Shown one piece after another: positions 63,740 through 64,000 of a DNA stretch of 64,000 bases (position 1 is the stretch's first letter; each line of letters opens with the position of its first letter). The notes under the pieces were generated by a model. The model was not told where the DNA came from, ran no database searches, and worked only from the letters and a program-made list of their open reading frames with translations. A program made the position numbers and the translations under genes. The stretch lies in contig NC_057718.1 in assembly GCF_004010195.1 (NCBI RefSeq), positions 21,123,612 to 21,187,611 on the forward strand, written 5' to 3'. This stretch comes from Chiloscyllium plagiosum (lineage: Eukaryota).

Positions 63740-64000
63740 AGCAAATAATTAGCTATTTTTTGTTGGATCTGAACAGAGCAAAACTTAAAATATTTAAATG
63801 AAATTCACGAAATACTTCAAAAAGGATAGACAGGACAGATGTAAGAAAGATGTTTCATTCTGTCTGGGGAACCTAGAATCAGGGAGATGCCATTTGGGAC
63901 CAAGATGAAGAGAACATTTTTGAAAGCTCAAAGGTTGTGAAGCATTGGAACTTTCCAATGATTGTCGAGGACTGTGGAAGTTCAGTATTTAAGAATGTTT
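63740..64000 (+). mobile_element. CR1 3' fragment running off the window
   Basis: K.IDRTDVRKMF..GEPRIR..PFGTKMKRTF-like remnant. Confidence 0.6.

Overview
Vertebrate, almost certainly elasmobranch (shark/ray), genomic DNA: it carries several HE1 V-SINEs, many CR1 LINEs and a Deu-domain SINE. It has four assembly gaps. The only host coding sequence I can support is one 132-nt minus-strand exon (4208-4339) of protein kinase D3 (PRKD3), encoding the first half of the C1a domain. I found neither neighbouring exon, so the rest appears intronic. It is a dense, nested transposon landscape: CR1 LINEs (some with the ORF1 SGNH esterase), a Rex/Babar LINE, an RTE remnant, a decayed Gypsy element hit by at least five later insertions, solo LTRs with TSDs, a Tigger/pogo-like element and fragmented Harbinger transposase. 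The most interesting signal is a set of Penelope-like elements and short non-autonomous derivatives carrying minimal type I hammerhead ribozyme motifs, with 9-17 bp TSDs and truncation or fold-back points at the ribozyme edge. Two local templated rearrangements also stand out: a ~220-bp inverted duplication of an LTR/pol junction, and an exact 53-bp Harbinger copy patched in frame into a CR1 RT. I see no convincing wholly new biological system. Repeat family names come from motif recognition, not a database search, and most repeat boundaries are approximate.
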